From the NCBI GenBank assembly GCA_963666425.2, contig OY762825.2:2016001-2080000 (forward strand): a stretch of DNA of 64,000 bases. The letters run 5' to 3'. Source of the stretch: Bacillota bacterium (GTDB lineage Bacteria; Bacillota; JAAYKD01). Positions 60,978 through 64,000 of the stretch are shown piece after piece. The translations under genes and the position numbers were made by a program. The first letter of the stretch is position 1. Each line of letters starts with the position of its first letter. The notes under the pieces are model-generated. The model was not told where the DNA came from. It worked only from the letters and a program-made list of their open reading frames with translations, and ran no database searches.

Positions 60978-62303
60978 TTAAACCGGCTTATCTTTATTGA
61001 CGAACCGATTGATGCTTTTCAAAAAAAACAGATTGACGGTGCCGGTCGGGCCATTACGCTGTTTGGCAATGATCAGTTCCGCTCCGTTGGGGTCGGTGCT
61101 GGGATTATTATAATAGTCGTCACGGTAGAGAAAAACAACCACATCCGCATTGGCTTCGATACCGCCGGATTCCAACAAATCGGATAACATCGGGCGTTTA
61201 TCATTACGGCCTTCTACACCGCGGTTTAATTGGGAAGCCACCATAATCGGCAGGTCGAGTTCCTTGGCGATTGCTTTCAATGTCCGGGAGATGAAGGAAA
61301 TTTCCTGCTGGCGGGATTCCGGCTTGCTTTCGATGGTCATCAGCTGCAGGTAATCGATCGCAACCATGCCGATATTCAGCTCGGCTTTCATGCGGCGCAG
61401 ACGGGAACGAAATTCCACAACGGAAAGTGAAGGGGTATCGTCGATGTAGATTGGTGCGGCGGACAGCGGGCCGATGGCCTGGGTAATCTTGCTCCAGTCG
61501 TCTTCTTCCAAATAACCATTGCGCAGTTTATAGAGATCGACATTCGCTTCACCGCAAAGGATCCGCTGTGCCAACTGTTCTTTGGACATTTCCAGACTGA
61601 ACAAAGCGCAGGGTACATGATTGTTGACTGCTGCGTGCTGTAAGATATTGGTCATGATCGTCGTTTTGCCCACGCCGGGGCGAGCGGCCAAAATGATCAA
61701 ATCCGAGCGCTGCATGCCGGCTGTAAAGCGGTCAAATTCATAAAAGCCGGTGGAAACGCCGGTTAGACCACCTTTTTGGTTCATCAGGGTTTCCAACTCT
61801 TCGTAGGTATGAAAGAGGATGCTGCCAATGGATGCGTAGGTGGAGCCGCTGCCGCGGCGGTTGCCGATCTCCAGGAATTCTTTTTCCGCTTTATTGAGAA
61901 TTTCACCGGCAGATTCTTCGGCGGCGAAGGCCAGATTGCTGATTTTGTGCGCACTGGCGATCATCGCCCGCAAAGCCGATTTTTCCTGCAGGTCTTTAAT
62001 ATAAGCCGGCAGGTTGGCGGTGGTCGGCACAATTTCCACCAGTTGATTGAGATAAGCGAGGCCCCCGGCGGTTTCCAATTTTTGTCTGCGCCGAAGTTCG
62101 TTGATTAACGTGATCAAATCCAGCGGTTCTCCGCGTGCATAGAGATCGTAGGCGGCCGCGTAGATTTCCCGGTTGTTTTCCCAATAAAAATCGTTTTCAC
62201 GCAGTTCTTCCATGATGCTGGTGATGGCGTTGCGTTCAATCAGCATCGAACCCAGCACAGACTGTTCCGCTTCCAAACTCTGAGGCATGTTACGATCGGG
62301 CAT
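60978..62303 (-). CDS. dnaB: Replicative DNA helicase
   Basis: EAEQSVLG, ARPGVGKT, FSLEM, DYLQL, SQLNR, KQRNGPTG. Confidence 0.97.
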   Translation of the reverse strand: MPDRNMPQSLEAEQSVLGSMLIERNAITSIMEELRENDFYWENNREIYAAAYDLYARGEPLDLITLINELRRRQKLETAGGLAYLNQLVEIVPTTANLPAYIKDLQEKSALRAMIASAHKISNLAFAAEESAGEILNKAEKEFLEIGNRRGSGSTYASIGSILFHTYEELETLMNQKGGLTGVSTGFYEFDRFTAGMQRSDLIILAARPGVGKTTIMTNILQHAAVNNHVPCALFSLEMSKEQLAQRILCGEANVDLYKLRNGYLEEDDWSKITQAIGPLSAAPIYIDDTPSLSVVEFRSRLRRMKAELNIGMVAIDYLQLMTIESKPESRQQEISFISRTLKAIAKELDLPIMVASQLNRGVEGRNDKRPMLSDLLESGGIEANADVVVFLYRDDYYNNPSTDPNGAELIIAKQRNGPTGTVNLFFLKSINRFVNKDKPV

Positions 62304-62326
62304 GGGATACCTCCGTTCTGTGATCG

Positions 62327-64000
62327 TCAATCAATTGCTTCGGTCAGCATGATTTTCATGGCTTCTTCAATATTTGCATAGGGGGTCAGCTTGACGCCGT
62401 ACATTTCGGCAGGCAGTTCTTTGCTGTTGGCTGCCGGGACCAGGATTTCTTTCATGCCCGCCCGTGCAGCGCCGTAGAGCTTGCCATATAAGCCGCCAAC
62501 CGGTTTGATCAGCCCCTGCAGGGAGATTTCTCCGGTCATGGCGATATCCTGGCGGACCGGCGTATTGCGGACGGCGCTGATCAGGGCCAGGGTCAGCGCC
62601 CCGCCTGCCGAAGGACCGTCGACATTGCCGCCGCCGACAAAATTGACATGTACGTCATAATCCTGTAAATGCAGATTGAGCACTTTGCGCAGGACTGTGG
62701 ATGCAACAAAGATAGAATCTTTAGCCATCGAACCGGCGGTATCGTTAAAACGAATGCTGCCTTTACCTTTTTCCGTGCTTGGGAAGACTGCCGCTTCAAT
62801 TTCCAAGACACTGCCGCTAAAGCCAAAAGCACCCAAGCCAAAGACTTGACCTACTTTCGGTGTTTCCTGCGCCAGATAGGGAGCCTGCGGGGTAATGCGG
62901 CTGATCTGCAGAATTTCCTGCACATCGGCAACCGTAACATCCACATTACGCCGGCGATCCAATTTTTCTTTGATCCGCGAGAGTACAAAACCATAACTGT
63001 CGGCCAGAATATTCACAGCTTTTCTGGCTTCGTCGGTATGTTCGGCAATTAGTTTTTCTGCCCCGGCGGCCAGATTGATGTGCAGGCGTTTGGCTGCTCC
63101 CAGCACGACTTGTTCGATATCCTCTTTATAGAGAGGATCAAAGAAAACTTCGGCACAGCGGGAACGGATGGCGGGATTGATTTCTTCCGGACTGCGGGTG
63201 GTGGCACCGATCAGAATGAAATTAGCCGGTGCCCCTTCTTCGAACAGCCGGTGAATATACTCCGGTATATTGGTGTTTTCTGGATCGTAATAGGAAGATT
63301 CAAAGAAAACCCGCTTATCTTCCAGTACTTTCAGCAATTTGGCCTGCAGTTGATAATCCATTTCGCCAATTTCATCGATGAAGAGAATACCGCCATGCGC
63401 GTCGGTGACCAAGCCTGGCTTGGGCTCCGGTACGGCATTGTCTGCCAAATCACGCCGAGCCCCCTGATAGATGGGGTCATGCACCGAACCCAATAAGGGA
63501 TTGGTGATCTCACGCGGGTCCCAGCGCAGTACGGTACCGTCTACTTCGATAAAGGGGGCATTGGCGCTGAAGGGAGAATGAGGAGAGGTGCGGGCTGCTT
63601 CCAGCACCAGACGGGCTACCGTTGTCTTGCCGACACCGGGCGGACCGTAAAGCAGGATATGTTGAGGAAAGGGAGTGGCAAGCTTGGCCATCAAGGCGGT
63701 TTTGGCTTGGGCTTGTCCAACTACCTCATCCAAAGTATGCGGCCGCATCTGTTCCATGGCCATTTTTGGCGCTTTGCGTTTTTCCAAAGCCAATAAGGTT
63801 TTCAATTTTCGGGTAGTAATTTCCGTTTCGGGCCCATTCTCTTCTTTGATCAGAGTGAGTTTGAGATCCCGCATATAGTCATCCTGCTGACTTTGAATGC
63901 GCTCGTTGACGATTTTTTCCAAACGGTCTTCTACAGAGCGGCGGGCGATGAATTCAGCCAGATCATTTTCCACCTGTTCCATGACCGCTGCCAAGTCTTC
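62327..64000 (-). CDS. lonC: LonC-type ATP-dependent protease (start outside the window)
   Basis: GPPGVGKT, FIDEIG, DGPSAG catalytic Ser, PVGG...K; sits upstream of dnaB. Confidence 0.9.
   Translation of the reverse strand, partial: EDLAAVMEQVENDLAEFIARRSVEDRLEKIVNERIQSQQDDYMRDLKLTLIKEENGPETEITTRKLKTLLALEKRKAPKMAMEQMRPHTLDEVVGQAQAKTALMAKLATPFPQHILLYGPPGVGKTTVARLVLEAARTSPHSPFSANAPFIEVDGTVLRWDPREITNPLLGSVHDPIYQGARRDLADNAVPEPKPGLVTDAHGGILFIDEIGEMDYQLQAKLLKVLEDKRVFFESSYYDPENTNIPEYIHRLFEEGAPANFILIGATTRSPEEINPAIRSRCAEVFFDPLYKEDIEQVVLGAAKRLHINLAAGAEKLIAEHTDEARKAVNILADSYGFVLSRIKEKLDRRRNVDVTVADVQEILQISRITPQAPYLAQETPKVGQVFGLGAFGFSGSVLEIEAAVFPSTEKGKGSIRFNDTAGSMAKDSIFVASTVLRKVLNLHLQDYDVHVNFVGGGNVDGPSAGGALTLALISAVRNTPVRQDIAMTGEISLQGLIKPVGGLYGKLYGAARAGMKEILVPAANSKELPAEMYGVKLTPYANIEEAMKIMLTEAID

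Overview
Window from an anaerobic Bacillota-type chromosome (T-box, sigma-A promoters, lonC-dnaB order). About 1-33 kb is an AT-richer accessory or defence island. It opens with a tightly coupled operon, 5'-truncated by the window edge: unknown ORF, small PD-(D/E)xK nuclease, SNF2 helicase, ParB-like protein, putative B12-binding radical SAM enzyme, GHKL/MORC-like ATPase, then a multi-TM plus HAD phosphatase fusion. This is the best candidate for an undescribed DNA-modification/restriction system. It is followed by a GIY-YIG gene, nested IS21 elements, a ComEC-like nuclease, an LA2681-like HEPN protein, IS30/IS66/IS21 and group II intron relics, a diverged ~3.1 kb duplication (DEDDh exonuclease, DJ-1/MBL fusion with an apparent ACG start, GNAT) and a TIR-domain protein. 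About 33-64 kb is mostly housekeeping or metabolic (M20 and M32 peptidases, GH26, ybaK, Ldh_2, T-box trpB, cysK, two tRNAs, dnaB, lonC), with a higBA plus tandem DUF262 islet and a 1.4 kb GTAG-type REP mosaic. All family calls are from motif recognition by eye; no searches were run.
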